A stretch of 64,000 nt of DNA from Vicinamibacteria bacterium (GTDB lineage Bacteria > Acidobacteriota > Vicinamibacteria > Marinacidobacterales > Marinacidobacteraceae), in assembly GCA_963555995.3 (NCBI GenBank), contig OY821641.1, positions 2,528,001 to 2,592,000 on the forward strand, in the 5' to 3' direction. The notes below the pieces were generated by a model. That model was not told the origin of the DNA and did not search any database. It was given only the letters and a program-made list of their open reading frames with translations. A program made the translations under genes and the position numbers. Within the stretch, counting starts at the first letter, position 1; every line of letters begins with the position of its first letter. Shown here in pieces: positions 19,775 to 29,727 of this stretch.

Positions 19775-20281
19775 ATGCGTAGCGCCTATCTCGACAATGG
19801 CACCGCAACGGCGACCCCGACTATCGCGTCTCGAACGCGGACCCAACCGCGCGGAACGGAGAACTCTGGCGCCAGGCCGCGACTGGTGTTCGACGCTACC
19901 ATTCAGCGCATCCAACATTCGCTTACTACGCAGACGCGCTTCGAGCGCCGTCTTCACCTCCTCGCTGAGGAAGCGGCGGCCGAGGGGTACGCCTTCAACC
20001 CAGACTCCGAGGTGACGTTCCGCTGGTTTCTGAACCGATACCCGTTCTTGAAGGCAGGCCGGCTCTTCTTGATGGACAACGGCAATCTGCGGGCGACGTG
20101 GAAGGGCGAGCGGAAAACCCACGTCGGCCTCCAGTTCCTACCGGGTGACGCGGTTCAATACGTCATCTTCACCCGCCGACCCTCCACACGGAGAATCTCG
20201 AGTGTCCACGGGTATGACACCGTGGACGCAATTCCTCGACTCTTGGCCGCCTACGACCTCGGAGACATCTTGGAAAAATGA
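19775..20281 (+). CDS. Hypothetical protein (globular C-terminal region LFLMDNGNLRATW...HVGLQFL...VQYVIF)
   Basis: Lower-GC, protein-like tail of the long shadow ORF 16226..20281; AGGTG before ATG 19775; stop overlaps the next ATG. Confidence 0.7.
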   Translation: MRSAYLDNGTATATPTIASRTRTQPRGTENSGARPRLVFDATIQRIQHSLTTQTRFERRLHLLAEEAAAEGYAFNPDSEVTFRWFLNRYPFLKAGRLFLMDNGNLRATWKGERKTHVGLQFLPGDAVQYVIFTRRPSTRRISSVHGYDTVDAIPRLLAAYDLGDILEK

Positions 20282-20370
20282 GCGGCGTGCCCGTTCCGCC
20301 CGACGACCATATGGTTGGCTACGTGCGACCGACCGATATGACCGCTGACACGCCTCATACCAGCACGTAG
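20278..20370 (+). pseudogene. Truncated partner gene (MSGVPVPPDDHMVGYVRPTDM...)
   Basis: ATGA overlap with the upstream gene; stops after 30 codons near the 3' end of the SIR2 gene. Confidence 0.45.
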
Positions 20371-20437
20371 CCGTGCGCGGCTGGGAATACGAAGCCAAGC
20401 CATCTCTCGCTCGTCTGACGAGACTCCGTCCTCGCGT

Positions 20438-23400
20438 TTACGCTTCGGCAAACCGTACCTCCGGCAGTGGGTCGGCCTCACACTCCGCCACCCAAGCGCG
20501 TACCACCTCTTCACTGTCCCATCCTCGATTCGCTAGCGCGAGCGCGAGTCGCGCGCAGTTTCGGCGAAGAACCGGCACGTCGCTCTCGTCACCGCCTATC
20601 CGGTCGTAGCGAAGCTCTTCCAGCAGGAAGCCCAGTCCCTGAATCGCCAACAATGCAACCCGGTCTCGCAACACTTCCGGCCCTTCCTTCACAAACCAGC
20701 ACGCTATGTCCAGCGCTGGCCGAAGGACGTGTCGCCGCCGAATAGCGACAATATGCCCGATTTCCTGCACCAGCTCTTCCGGAACGGCAGGCACGCGATC
20801 CGGAGCCGTGGCCGCTCCTCTCGCCCAGTGATATATCCCCCAAACCGCTCCCTCGGCGCACTCACGCGAGTCTGACGCCAACGAAGTGTGAATCATTGTG
20901 TTCATATCATTCCCGTAGTCGGGTCTTCCACTAAGGATGCCGATAACCAACGGAAGTCCAGAAACGGTCGATTCGTTCATTGCCTTGACCTTCTCAAAGA
21001 GAAGGTCGGCTGTGCGCTCTGGAACACTTACGTGAAGAAAAATCCCACACAGCGCTCGCACCTGGTTAATCCGTAAGGATTCACCAAAATTGTCTCTGAA
21101 GACCGTTACGATCTCATCGGTGCTCTTGGCCCATGTCTCCACTTTTGCCACGAATTCCCTTCGTGCGGCCTCCGGCATAGAAACTGATCTGTCTGCATTC
21201 TGAAAGTTGGAAAGTACACCGTTTACTTCCTGAAATGCGTCCAGTGCCGGAGTATCCGATGTCGCACTCAATCGTTTCCACACTTTCCAAAACCGACGAA
21301 GCGCGAGACCCGGGTCCGGCTCTGGGAGGTATACGAATGTCCACATCGGAATCCCCTTCGCCTCGGGCAATCCCTTGACCATCCGGCCCTTCGGTCTCCA
21401 GAGAGCATTCGCTACCTTCTCCTCCTCTTCGGGCGTAAAGCGACGCCACGCATTCAACAAATATGCGCGGTGAATTGCTCGCCGCCTCGCAATTTCGTCC
21501 GCGCGCAAACCGCGCACGATCAATTCCGCTGCCGCTCCCCATTCTTCCTGGATTCCCGTAGTCCTCTCTGGCGGCTTCCAATCCGCCCAAACGCCGTCGC
21601 AGGGGTCGGGGTACCTAAACGTTCCGACAAAGCCATCAAGCCCCAGAATCGGTGCGTTCAAGAGCTTCAATACCACACCTTTCTGTTCGTTCGCCGCCAA
21701 GGCCTCCCAACTACGAGATAAAAGATTCGACATCGGCGCATCGTGAAATGGATGCTTCGCATATTCCGGTCTAGAGTAGCGCTGTAGTCCGTCCATCAGA
21801 ACGGAATGCGCCGCCTCTGGTTCAAGACGGACCGCCAATCTAGACAAACATTCCATGGCAACGCGCACCCTCTCCGAGGCAACGACGCCACGATCTTCTG
21901 CCGACCCAACACTTCGGTCGTAGAACGCCAACGACCGTTCACACATGGCCTTCAGATCACCCACTACGCGCTTGGACATCGCCGCTACTCGTACACGACC
22001 AAAGACTCGGTCGAACGACTTGTCTCTGTCGTACGTCGTGATGCGTAGGCACAGACGTGCGGCTAGTTCAGGCTCGTCGGACTCCATGACCTCAAGAGCC
22101 GCGTTCATGAGGTCGGACCCCACTCTGAAATCCCATGCGGTCGGCGCAAGTCCAGCGACCTCGCAGAGTCGGACGGCCCGGTGCGCGGCGCGCCACCGCT
22201 CGTACTTCGCCGTTGACCAAGACTCACCCGATAGGACCGTTCGGTCCAGATCGAAAGGAGTCGCCTCCAGAGATTGTTTCTCGGGACGAAGGGCATTCAT
22301 AAAGAAGGATTTTTCAAGGCCCGCATCGCAATGAATTCGGCCAAGCTCACGCCAACGCCGCCAAATCCCCGGAGCCTCGTGCCCGTTGTGGCGGTACGCG
22401 TTCCCGAGCAGCGACCAGAGTAACCAGCCTTCTCTCGACGAATTCGCGAAACGCCGGCTCGAATTCGCGCCGGTCCTAAGGATCTCGAGCGTCCTTCGGA
22501 GCAAGCTCTCGGCAGCGTTCTCGTGGTGGAGTTCCAAGAGCAGACTGGCTTTCCGCATGCTCCACACCGGATCGGCATCCTCGGTTGACCATTCGTCAAG
22601 CAACGAGGCCATAGCCTTGTGGTCAAGCGAATAGGCGGTCCAGAGAGCGCGTTCGAATTGTCTTGTGTGGCCGACGTGTGGATCCTCACTGCGGAAAGGA
22701 TCAAGCAACGCAAGCAACCGGTCGAAACCAGTCTGGTCAAACCGGAGTCGAGCGGCTCTCAAAAGGAAGAACACCAGAGAGCACCATTGGTTCCAAAGCG
22801 TCGGAAGCCGACCGTCAGAGTCATGTATGCCGGTGGCGAAAAGTGAGGTCGGAACCTCCTCATCGACAAGCCGCTCGCAAGCATGCTGAAGCTCCTTCGA
22901 TGGTGGGTCCATGAGGATCGAGCGACGCCATACAATTTCGTACACTGCGGAAAGCCTCTTGGCAAAAGAGTCGGTCTCGGTAGTGCGAAGAATCGATTCC
23001 TCCCAGTGGTCCGTTGCAGACGTTAGGGAGTGTCTTTGAGATGAAGGCAGGACAAGCCAACCCGGATAGATGGACCGGTTGCGGCACCAAGTCTCCAGAG
23101 TGTTTTCTATGTCACGACGCGACGCCTCAGACGCGGCCTTTGGAAAACTGTGCCACGGATCAGCTACAGGGCTACGACTAACGATCGTGGATACCGGAAG
23201 AAGCAGTGTCGGAATCTTCGATGGTTCAGGCGGAGGCTCTGGCCATTCGGTAAGGTCGTAAGGGCGACCGTGCTCCAGGGTGCGCACAACCCACTCAGTG
23301 GCGTACCGGCCTCGGAGATGTTCGGGCCACTGGGACGCCTTTGGATGACGAGCGAGGTCAATAGGAATGACATTCCTGTCCTCCAACATCTGCCTTCGGT

Positions 23401-24178
23401 GAGGCGTGAGATTCTGCCATCCGACGAGGTACAGCTTCCACGCATGGCTTCCAAGATTGTCTCGGACCCAACCATGCCACTGTAGGAAATTCGGGTCATC
23501 GCCCGAGAAGCCGATGAGGCAAAGAACGGACTCCAGCATGGCCTGCTGGACCATGTTGACGAAGGCCGCGAAGTCCGCAGGATAGCGGCGATAGTGCTCT
23601 TCGGTGCAGATGAGTGGAAATTGTGATGGGACCGAGCCGTGCAGCTTGACGATGCGGGGTGCTTTGCTCAGAGGAATGTCTTCGACGCGGTTCACTACAC
23701 GGTAGTGCCGACCCGAAAGTCTGTTGTTTGTCCTCTCCAGAAGCGTGTCCCAGTTCGTAGTAAAGACATCGCGCCAAGGCAATTCCAAGAGGTTGTAATG
23801 CAGGGGACCAGGGAGGAAGTCGTCGTCACGGACTGCACTTCGGAGAAACCGATACAGCTCCGCGCGGCCGAACGCCGCCTCATACTCTTGGGCGGTACGG
23901 GGTATGGACAGTGAACGCCCTGGCTTCCCCCGAACGGCGCCGTGGCCGAACTCGCGTGAGAGTCTCCGCTGCATCGCGTGGCCAATATCTGTCCAGAGTG
24001 GAGGGTCGCCGGTGGCGGGTGGCCGGCGTTCGGCATTCCTGCTGAACCCGGCGCCAACGAGAACGACCGCGCCATTGGTTGTGTCATCCCAAAGTGCCTC
24101 CCGGATGTGGTTCATGTGGACCTGACCATCGAAGGTTTCGTGGTCGGAGGAATCGGACGGAGGCGAATGTGACGTCAT
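20438..24178 (-). CDS. Large SIR2-domain protein (defence-associated sirtuin, DSR1-like)
   Basis: VLVGAGFS, FTTNWDTLLE, IVKLHGS, IGFSGDDPNF, then ~900 aa helical region; visibly lower GC than the flanks. Confidence 0.88.
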   Translation of the reverse strand: MTSHSPPSDSSDHETFDGQVHMNHIREALWDDTTNGAVVLVGAGFSRNAERRPPATGDPPLWTDIGHAMQRRLSREFGHGAVRGKPGRSLSIPRTAQEYEAAFGRAELYRFLRSAVRDDDFLPGPLHYNLLELPWRDVFTTNWDTLLERTNNRLSGRHYRVVNRVEDIPLSKAPRIVKLHGSVPSQFPLICTEEHYRRYPADFAAFVNMVQQAMLESVLCLIGFSGDDPNFLQWHGWVRDNLGSHAWKLYLVGWQNLTPHRRQMLEDRNVIPIDLARHPKASQWPEHLRGRYATEWVVRTLEHGRPYDLTEWPEPPPEPSKIPTLLLPVSTIVSRSPVADPWHSFPKAASEASRRDIENTLETWCRNRSIYPGWLVLPSSQRHSLTSATDHWEESILRTTETDSFAKRLSAVYEIVWRRSILMDPPSKELQHACERLVDEEVPTSLFATGIHDSDGRLPTLWNQWCSLVFFLLRAARLRFDQTGFDRLLALLDPFRSEDPHVGHTRQFERALWTAYSLDHKAMASLLDEWSTEDADPVWSMRKASLLLELHHENAAESLLRRTLEILRTGANSSRRFANSSREGWLLWSLLGNAYRHNGHEAPGIWRRWRELGRIHCDAGLEKSFFMNALRPEKQSLEATPFDLDRTVLSGESWSTAKYERWRAAHRAVRLCEVAGLAPTAWDFRVGSDLMNAALEVMESDEPELAARLCLRITTYDRDKSFDRVFGRVRVAAMSKRVVGDLKAMCERSLAFYDRSVGSAEDRGVVASERVRVAMECLSRLAVRLEPEAAHSVLMDGLQRYSRPEYAKHPFHDAPMSNLLSRSWEALAANEQKGVVLKLLNAPILGLDGFVGTFRYPDPCDGVWADWKPPERTTGIQEEWGAAAELIVRGLRADEIARRRAIHRAYLLNAWRRFTPEEEEKVANALWRPKGRMVKGLPEAKGIPMWTFVYLPEPDPGLALRRFWKVWKRLSATSDTPALDAFQEVNGVLSNFQNADRSVSMPEAARREFVAKVETWAKSTDEIVTVFRDNFGESLRINQVRALCGIFLHVSVPERTADLLFEKVKAMNESTVSGLPLVIGILSGRPDYGNDMNTMIHTSLASDSRECAEGAVWGIYHWARGAATAPDRVPAVPEELVQEIGHIVAIRRRHVLRPALDIACWFVKEGPEVLRDRVALLAIQGLGFLLEELRYDRIGGDESDVPVLRRNCARLALALANRGWDSEEVVRAWVAECEADPLPEVRFAEA

Positions 24179-24375
24179 GAGTTCGGGCGCGGGGTGTTGG
24201 AGCGGGCATGGGCCAGAAGTCCAAGCTGCTCTCACGGAGAACCCTCGTCAGACTATCCGAACGGGGCGGTGGAAGGCGCGGTGAAGCCGTGTCCCGAGTC
24301 GAGCCTCGGTAGAGGCGGCGAGATGTCCGGCGCGTCGTCTCGGCGATCACTTCACGGCAGACTGGATGATTCAGG

Positions 24376-27297
24376 TTAGAGGAGCCCGGGTTGACTGCTT
24401 GAGACGATCGCGGTGGGGGCGAGGTCCGTCAGGCGGGGCCAGAGCTGAACCAGTTCGTTCCAGACGAGGGCTTCCTCGGCGAGTTTCTTCCGGTCGCAGA
24501 TGCCGTAGAGGCGGTAGGCGAGGGCGTGGGCAGCGGCGGCGCGGTCGCCGAGGCGGGCGACCAGGGCGGCGGCGGACATCTCGCCACCATCCTCGTGGCG
24601 ACGGGCGACGTGCTGGGCGCACTCCCAGACGGTGACGCGATCGTCGGTCTCTGGGGACCAGTCGGGGGCGAGTTCGTCGCGGCGGAGGAGACGCACTTTG
24701 CCCGCCGTCGCTTCCAGGATGCCGGCGTGGACCACGCCCTCGACGGCCACGCCGCGGGCGGTGGCGAGGGTCTCCGCGTCGCCGTAGGGGCTGGGTTCCA
24801 TGCCCTTGGTCTCGAACCAAGTGATGGCGAATCGGGTCCACGGGTCGTAGTCGGCGTCCTGGGCGGAGAGGATCTGGTCGAGTTCGGCGTTGATGAGGGC
24901 GAGCGCCATGCGGACCGTCATCGGGGAGTCGTCGGCTTCGAGGACGCGGGAGTAGCGGGTGAAGATCGCCATACCAGGACCGATGGCGGCCTGCGCGAGG
25001 TCCACCGGGGCGATGTTTTCGGCCTGGAGGCGAGCGATGGCTCCGGGGAGTTCGGTGTGGAGGGCGCTGAGGAAGCCGCGGCGGGTGGTCGAAGGAGCGT
25101 TTTCGCGTCGCTTTCGACAGGCGAGCACGATGCTGGAAGCAAGCGCGTTCGCACCTGCTCCTATCATCCGGTTCGCCAGTTCGGTTCGCATCGGCCAGGT
25201 GCCGGTGACGCTGAATCCCGACTTCGACACGGCGTCGAGGAAGGTTTCCCAACCTGTGCTTGAGACACCGGCGCCGTCCTTCCTCTCGGATTGCTTGAAG
25301 GCGTAGTAGATAGTCGTTGGGAACACCGGATGTGACTGTTCCGAGAGTCGGGAAATAGCGCGGGACATCCCCGTGAGAAAGAAGAGTTCTGCTTCCCTGC
25401 GCCCTCCATGGCGATACGGTGCCGCAACCAGCTCCTGAGCCTTCGGAACGGCAACGGTTGCGAAGAGATCCGGAAAGACTGACTTCAAGGAACGCCGGAG
25501 CCACACGTAGAAGAAGTCCGAGAGGTCCGCATAGGCGACGTTGTCGTAGTAGGGCGGGTCGGTGGAGACCAGCCTCCGGTCGGCACCTGCAAGAGACATC
25601 GCGTCGGCCAGCGAAGTTCGTCCGCGCTCGGTGCCCGTAAGGGATTGGACGGCAGGCTGTCCCCACGCCAAGGCACTCGCGTACCCGCCACCCGAGGCGC
25701 TGAACGGATTGGCTTCTCCATAGTCCCAAGCCATCGCAATCGCCTGCCGAGAGAAGAGCCCTCGCAGACTGGCGGTTCGCGCGGACCCACCCGTCGAAGA
25801 ACGTACGCCGGCCGGGCCGGTGTCCCAAGTGCACAGTGCGTTGTTGCGATCCGCGAAACGGCTCACGGAAAGGCCGAGATAGCCGGCTACAGCCTCCCCG
25901 TAGGTCCGGGCAGTACCGCCACCGATATGGATGGATGCTTCGTCGTCCGGCAAATCCGCGGTCACTGCGTCGCGTCGGACGCGTTCCAGCGCTTCACCGA
26001 CCAAGTCGGAGAACGTCGTCAGTGCGACGAGTTGTCGGGGCGTGAAGAGATCGCCCCACTGCGTTAAGCCATAGGGAACGCAGGTTCCTCCCGTGAGACG
26101 GGCAGGCACATTGCCTTGCGGCCGCCATGCATGTTCGGCGCTGCCCGCCGCGTCCTCCATCTCCGCGGTCGGGGACAAGTAGATCCGCTCGCGATCTCCC
26201 TCCGCCACCACCGCCATCAGCCGCGCCCCCATGCGGCCCGCCGTACCCGTAGCCTTGACGTGATCGCCGGCCATCGGCGAGCCCGAGACCAAGCACTGGA
26301 AATTCGCTCCCCGCCCCAGCTTCGTCCCCGCTTTCGCCGCCGCCTGATCCGGCGGTTCACCCACTCTCACCTCGAACCGATAGCGATCCCCTTCCACCAC
26401 CGGCTCCACATACGCCTCCTTTCCCTTCTTCGTCGAGAGCATGAAGGTCGAGACCAGCGGAACGTCCACATGCGAAAACGCCGGATTCGGGCTCGGCACC
26501 GTCCGCGCCCAGAGCCATGCGATAACGGTGAGTTCCCGCCCCTCGTAGCGCTCCAGGTCCGGGCGCTCCGCCACCATCTCCGGGGTGATCCGAGCCTTCG
26601 GGTAGAGATAGCCGATCCGTCGCTCCGCCTCGTCGCGCATCCACTTCCCGTAGTAGCGAACGTCCTCCGCGAGCCCCGCCGCCCCCCGCCACTCCCGTCC
26701 CGCCACCGACTTCCGCGCCCGCGCCTCCGGGTTCACCGGCGGCCTCCCCGCGAACCGGGGCGGAATCTCGATCATCGCCTTGTTGATGAGCACCGCCACG
26801 GGGTTCAGGTCGCTCGCGTGCGCCTCCAGTCCGAGCCGCTGCGCCTCCAGCGGGATCGCCCCGCCCCCGGCGAACGGGTCGTGGAACGCCGGCAGCTTCT
26901 TCGGGTCGAAGAGCTCCGCCGCCCGCGGGTGGTCCGTGTTGTCCGCGCACGTCCGGCGCCAAGACTCCCGGATCTCCGCCCGCGCCGCCTCGAGCACCTC
27001 CTCGTTCGTGGTGTTCTCCCAGAGGACCAGCCTCCGCAGAATCCCGAACAGCCGCTCGCGCTCCCGGTCCTGCTCCTCCTCGGTCGGGAAGAGTTCCGGC
27101 CGCCCCGACGGATCGTCCACCAGTTGCGCGAACAGCACCGCCCGCGCCGCCGCCAGCGGACGCCGCGCCCACCAGAGATGCAGCGTGCTTGGGTGCCCGT
27201 GCCGGATGGACTTCTCCCGCGCCGCCGCCCGGTTGATGTCGTCGAGCGGCAACGCCACCTCGATGAGCTTGGGGACGGTCCGGACAGGGGCGGTCAT
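24376..27297 (-). CDS. DUF1156-family adenine DNA methyltransferase
   Basis: KLIEVALPL, LHLWWARRPL, motif I DPFAGGG, motif IV TDPPYYD. Confidence 0.93.
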   Translation of the reverse strand: MTAPVRTVPKLIEVALPLDDINRAAAREKSIRHGHPSTLHLWWARRPLAAARAVLFAQLVDDPSGRPELFPTEEEQDRERERLFGILRRLVLWENTTNEEVLEAARAEIRESWRRTCADNTDHPRAAELFDPKKLPAFHDPFAGGGAIPLEAQRLGLEAHASDLNPVAVLINKAMIEIPPRFAGRPPVNPEARARKSVAGREWRGAAGLAEDVRYYGKWMRDEAERRIGYLYPKARITPEMVAERPDLERYEGRELTVIAWLWARTVPSPNPAFSHVDVPLVSTFMLSTKKGKEAYVEPVVEGDRYRFEVRVGEPPDQAAAKAGTKLGRGANFQCLVSGSPMAGDHVKATGTAGRMGARLMAVVAEGDRERIYLSPTAEMEDAAGSAEHAWRPQGNVPARLTGGTCVPYGLTQWGDLFTPRQLVALTTFSDLVGEALERVRRDAVTADLPDDEASIHIGGGTARTYGEAVAGYLGLSVSRFADRNNALCTWDTGPAGVRSSTGGSARTASLRGLFSRQAIAMAWDYGEANPFSASGGGYASALAWGQPAVQSLTGTERGRTSLADAMSLAGADRRLVSTDPPYYDNVAYADLSDFFYVWLRRSLKSVFPDLFATVAVPKAQELVAAPYRHGGRREAELFFLTGMSRAISRLSEQSHPVFPTTIYYAFKQSERKDGAGVSSTGWETFLDAVSKSGFSVTGTWPMRTELANRMIGAGANALASSIVLACRKRRENAPSTTRRGFLSALHTELPGAIARLQAENIAPVDLAQAAIGPGMAIFTRYSRVLEADDSPMTVRMALALINAELDQILSAQDADYDPWTRFAITWFETKGMEPSPYGDAETLATARGVAVEGVVHAGILEATAGKVRLLRRDELAPDWSPETDDRVTVWECAQHVARRHEDGGEMSAAALVARLGDRAAAAHALAYRLYGICDRKKLAEEALVWNELVQLWPRLTDLAPTAIVSSSQPGLL

Positions 27298-27391
27298 GGC
27301 CTCCCTATTGTCCCCGGTCGGCCGACTGGAGCCGACGAGTCCAGATCGCTCGGCAGCGGGACAGGGGACAGTCGGTGCATCCTGATGTGCT

Positions 27392-27420
27392 ACAATTGAT
27401 ACTTAGTTGCATTCAATTGT
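27392..27420. promoter_or_regulatory. Inverted repeat ACAATTGA-N13-TCAATTGT in an AT-rich divergent promoter region (candidate TA operator)
   Basis: Exact 8-bp arms; lies between the methylase start (27297, -) and the dinJ-like start (27468, +). Confidence 0.55.
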
Positions 27421-27467
27421 GACTGATCAGATTAGTTTTGATATTCGAATAGAGGATAACTACGCAA

Positions 27468-27764
27468 ATGGCCAAGACCGAACAAATCCATATCCGGGTC
27501 GAACGGGAACTGAAGTCCGAGGCGGAAGCCGTGCTCGCAACCTTGGGCCTGAGACCTACGGAGTTCGTTCGAATGGCGCTCAGGCAGGTTGTGCTTCAGC
27601 GCGGGCTGCCGTTCGCCGTTCGGATCCCCAATGCCGAGACCATGGCGGCCCTCAACGAGCCCATCGCCAACCTGCAGCAGTTCGCCACGGCGGACGAGCT
27701 CATCGCCGACCTGCAGGCCCAGATCGGTGACAAGGGCGCTACCGAACAAGGAGACATCGAATGA
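27468..27764 (+). CDS. dinJ: RelB/DinJ-family antitoxin
   Basis: KTEQIHIRVERELKSEAEAVLATLGL...GLPFAVRIPNAETMAAL. Confidence 0.92.
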   Translation: MAKTEQIHIRVERELKSEAEAVLATLGLRPTEFVRMALRQVVLQRGLPFAVRIPNAETMAALNEPIANLQQFATADELIADLQAQIGDKGATEQGDIE

Positions 27765-28057
27765 AGGCAGGAACTGGACCGAGGAGACCGCCGAAGACGA
27801 TCTCTTACGCCACACAGTTCAAACGCGATCTCCGTCGTGCGCGCAAGCGAGGCTGGGACCTGGAGAAGCTCTGGCCGATCGTCAGGATCCTGTCGAACGC
27901 CGAACGATTACCCGTGAACGCGCGGGCACACAAGTTGAGCGGCAAGGAACGTGACTTATGGGACTTACATGTCGGTCCAGATTGGATTCTGATCTATGAA
28001 ATCTGTGGAGACCGTCTCATCCTGAGGCGGACGGGAACGCACTCGGAGCTCTTCTGA
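27761..28057 (+). CDS. yafQ: YafQ-family mRNA interferase toxin
   Basis: QFKRDLRR, HKLSG, LHVGPDWILIY, RTGTHSELF; ATGA overlap with dinJ. Confidence 0.92.
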   Translation: MKAGTGPRRPPKTISYATQFKRDLRRARKRGWDLEKLWPIVRILSNAERLPVNARAHKLSGKERDLWDLHVGPDWILIYEICGDRLILRRTGTHSELF

Positions 28058-28209
28058 AAGCGGGGCGATCCGCGCCGAGGCTGGGGCCGCTCACTCTTGG
28101 TGGCCCGGCAAGCGTCCACTGGCTGCTCGGACAGCACCACCGCCCGGTTGATGTCGTTGAGCGGCAGCGCCACCTCGGTCAGCCTGGGGCGGAAGTCCGA
28201 ATTCGGCAT
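28058..28209 (-). pseudogene. Internally deleted 5' remnant of a second DUF1156 methyltransferase
   Basis: RLTEVALPLNDINRA-VVLSEQPVD vs KLIEVALPLDDINRA...RAVLFAQLVD in the intact gene. Confidence 0.75.
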
Positions 28210-28376
28210 TCGCCACGGGTAGTGGCTCGCCCTCGCGTTCGGGGCTCACCGTCACGCTGCCCTGTTACGCTTCCGCTGCGAGGCCGAACGGAGATCCCGC
28301 CGGGATCACATGCTGCCGACCCGATGGGCGAGAGCGGCAGATGCCTCACCTCACGTGGACCGAGCCGAGGATTCCA

Positions 28377-29717
28377 ATGCGCCAACCCGACGAGTTCCTG
28401 ATTCAGGATGTCCGGTGCTTCCAGGGCGAGCAGCGTGTCCGCCTGCGCCCGATCACCCTTCTCGTCGGTGAAAACAGCACCGGCAAGACGACGCTGCTCG
28501 GCTGCTACAGCGCGCTGGATCGGCTGCTTGCGACCCGCCTGGCGGAGCCGTTCGAGTTCAGTTACGAACCCTTCTCCATGGGGTCGTTCCGCGACATCGT
28601 TCGATCGAGACGAGGGCGCGAAGGACGGATCACCGAGTTCCGTCTGGGCATCGGAACGCAGCACACAGGCAACGGGCTTCCCCCGCATGATGTGGTGGCG
28701 ACCTTCGAGGAACGGGGATCACAGCCGGTAGTCAAGTCTTGGCGTTATCAGTTCCAGCAACACGGATTCCTGGAATTCCGCCGGACCGCGACTGACGGAA
28801 CGACGGTCGCGATCGAGGGTGCGGAGATGGACTTCGAATCTCCTTTGGACCACGTCGCGTATCGCCTTGACTTTGCATCTGCAGACCGACCACTAGCGGA
28901 CCGCCAGCCTGCACTCCATCGGATACTCGAATACCTCAACGAACTCCGTGAGAGTCCGCGCGAGCTTTCCCTACCGCTGCACACTTTTCTGTTTCCTCCG
29001 GTAACTCCCCTGATTCCCGTGGCTCCGCTTCGAGCCAAGCCGCACCGAACATACGACCCGATCCGAGAGTCCCTCAGCCCGGAAGGCACGCACGTCCCGA
29101 TGCTGATGATGCGGCTCCATCACTCGGAAAGTCAGCGGTGGGGGGCGTTGCGAAACGACCTCGTAGCCTTCGGAAAGAACTCGGGCCTGTTCTCGGACAT
29201 CAAGGTGAAACGTCACGGTCGGCAGATCAGTGATCCGTTCCAGATCCAGGTGAAGGTCCATTCAGGATCCCACGCCAACATCATGGACGTCGGGTACGGA
29301 GTAAGCCAGAGCCTGCCCATTCTGGTCGAGCTGTTGAGGCCGGAGGTCACCGAGTCCAAGGCGTTCCGCGGAAAAAACGCCTCGTTCCGATTCCTGCTCC
29401 AACAGCCGGAAGTACATCTGCATCCACGCGGCCAGGCTGAGCTGGCGAGTTTCCTGGTCAACTCCGTCAAGAAGCGTGGGCACCAGTTTCTCGTTGAAAC
29501 GCACAGCGACCACATCATCGACCGGATTCGCATATCGGTCATGAAGAAGATGCTCAAGCCGGAGGACGTATCCATTCTGTACTTCGAGCCGCACCGTAAC
29601 TTCGTCACGCTCCACAACATTGGGCTCGACGAACAGGGCAACATCCTCAACGCGCCTCCCGGATACCGGGATTTCTTCATGCGCGAGACGGAGGCCCTGC
29701 TTGGGCTGGACGGGTGA
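28377..29717 (+). CDS. ABC-type (AAA_15/AAA_21-like) ATPase with DUF3696-like C-terminus
   Basis: Walker A GENSTGKT, signature-like DVGYGVSQ, LLQQPEVHLHP, H-loop VETHS, tail IGLDEQGNILNAPPGYRDFF. Confidence 0.88.
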   Translation: MRQPDEFLIQDVRCFQGEQRVRLRPITLLVGENSTGKTTLLGCYSALDRLLATRLAEPFEFSYEPFSMGSFRDIVRSRRGREGRITEFRLGIGTQHTGNGLPPHDVVATFEERGSQPVVKSWRYQFQQHGFLEFRRTATDGTTVAIEGAEMDFESPLDHVAYRLDFASADRPLADRQPALHRILEYLNELRESPRELSLPLHTFLFPPVTPLIPVAPLRAKPHRTYDPIRESLSPEGTHVPMLMMRLHHSESQRWGALRNDLVAFGKNSGLFSDIKVKRHGRQISDPFQIQVKVHSGSHANIMDVGYGVSQSLPILVELLRPEVTESKAFRGKNASFRFLLQQPEVHLHPRGQAELASFLVNSVKKRGHQFLVETHSDHIIDRIRISVMKKMLKPEDVSILYFEPHRNFVTLHNIGLDEQGNILNAPPGYRDFFMRETEALLGLDG

Positions 29718-29727
29718 CGGTGGTTCG

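Noticed and set aside
24240-24365. Possible gene shard (IAETTRR...) between the methylase and SIR2 genes
   Set aside because: Too short and weak to assign to a family by eye.
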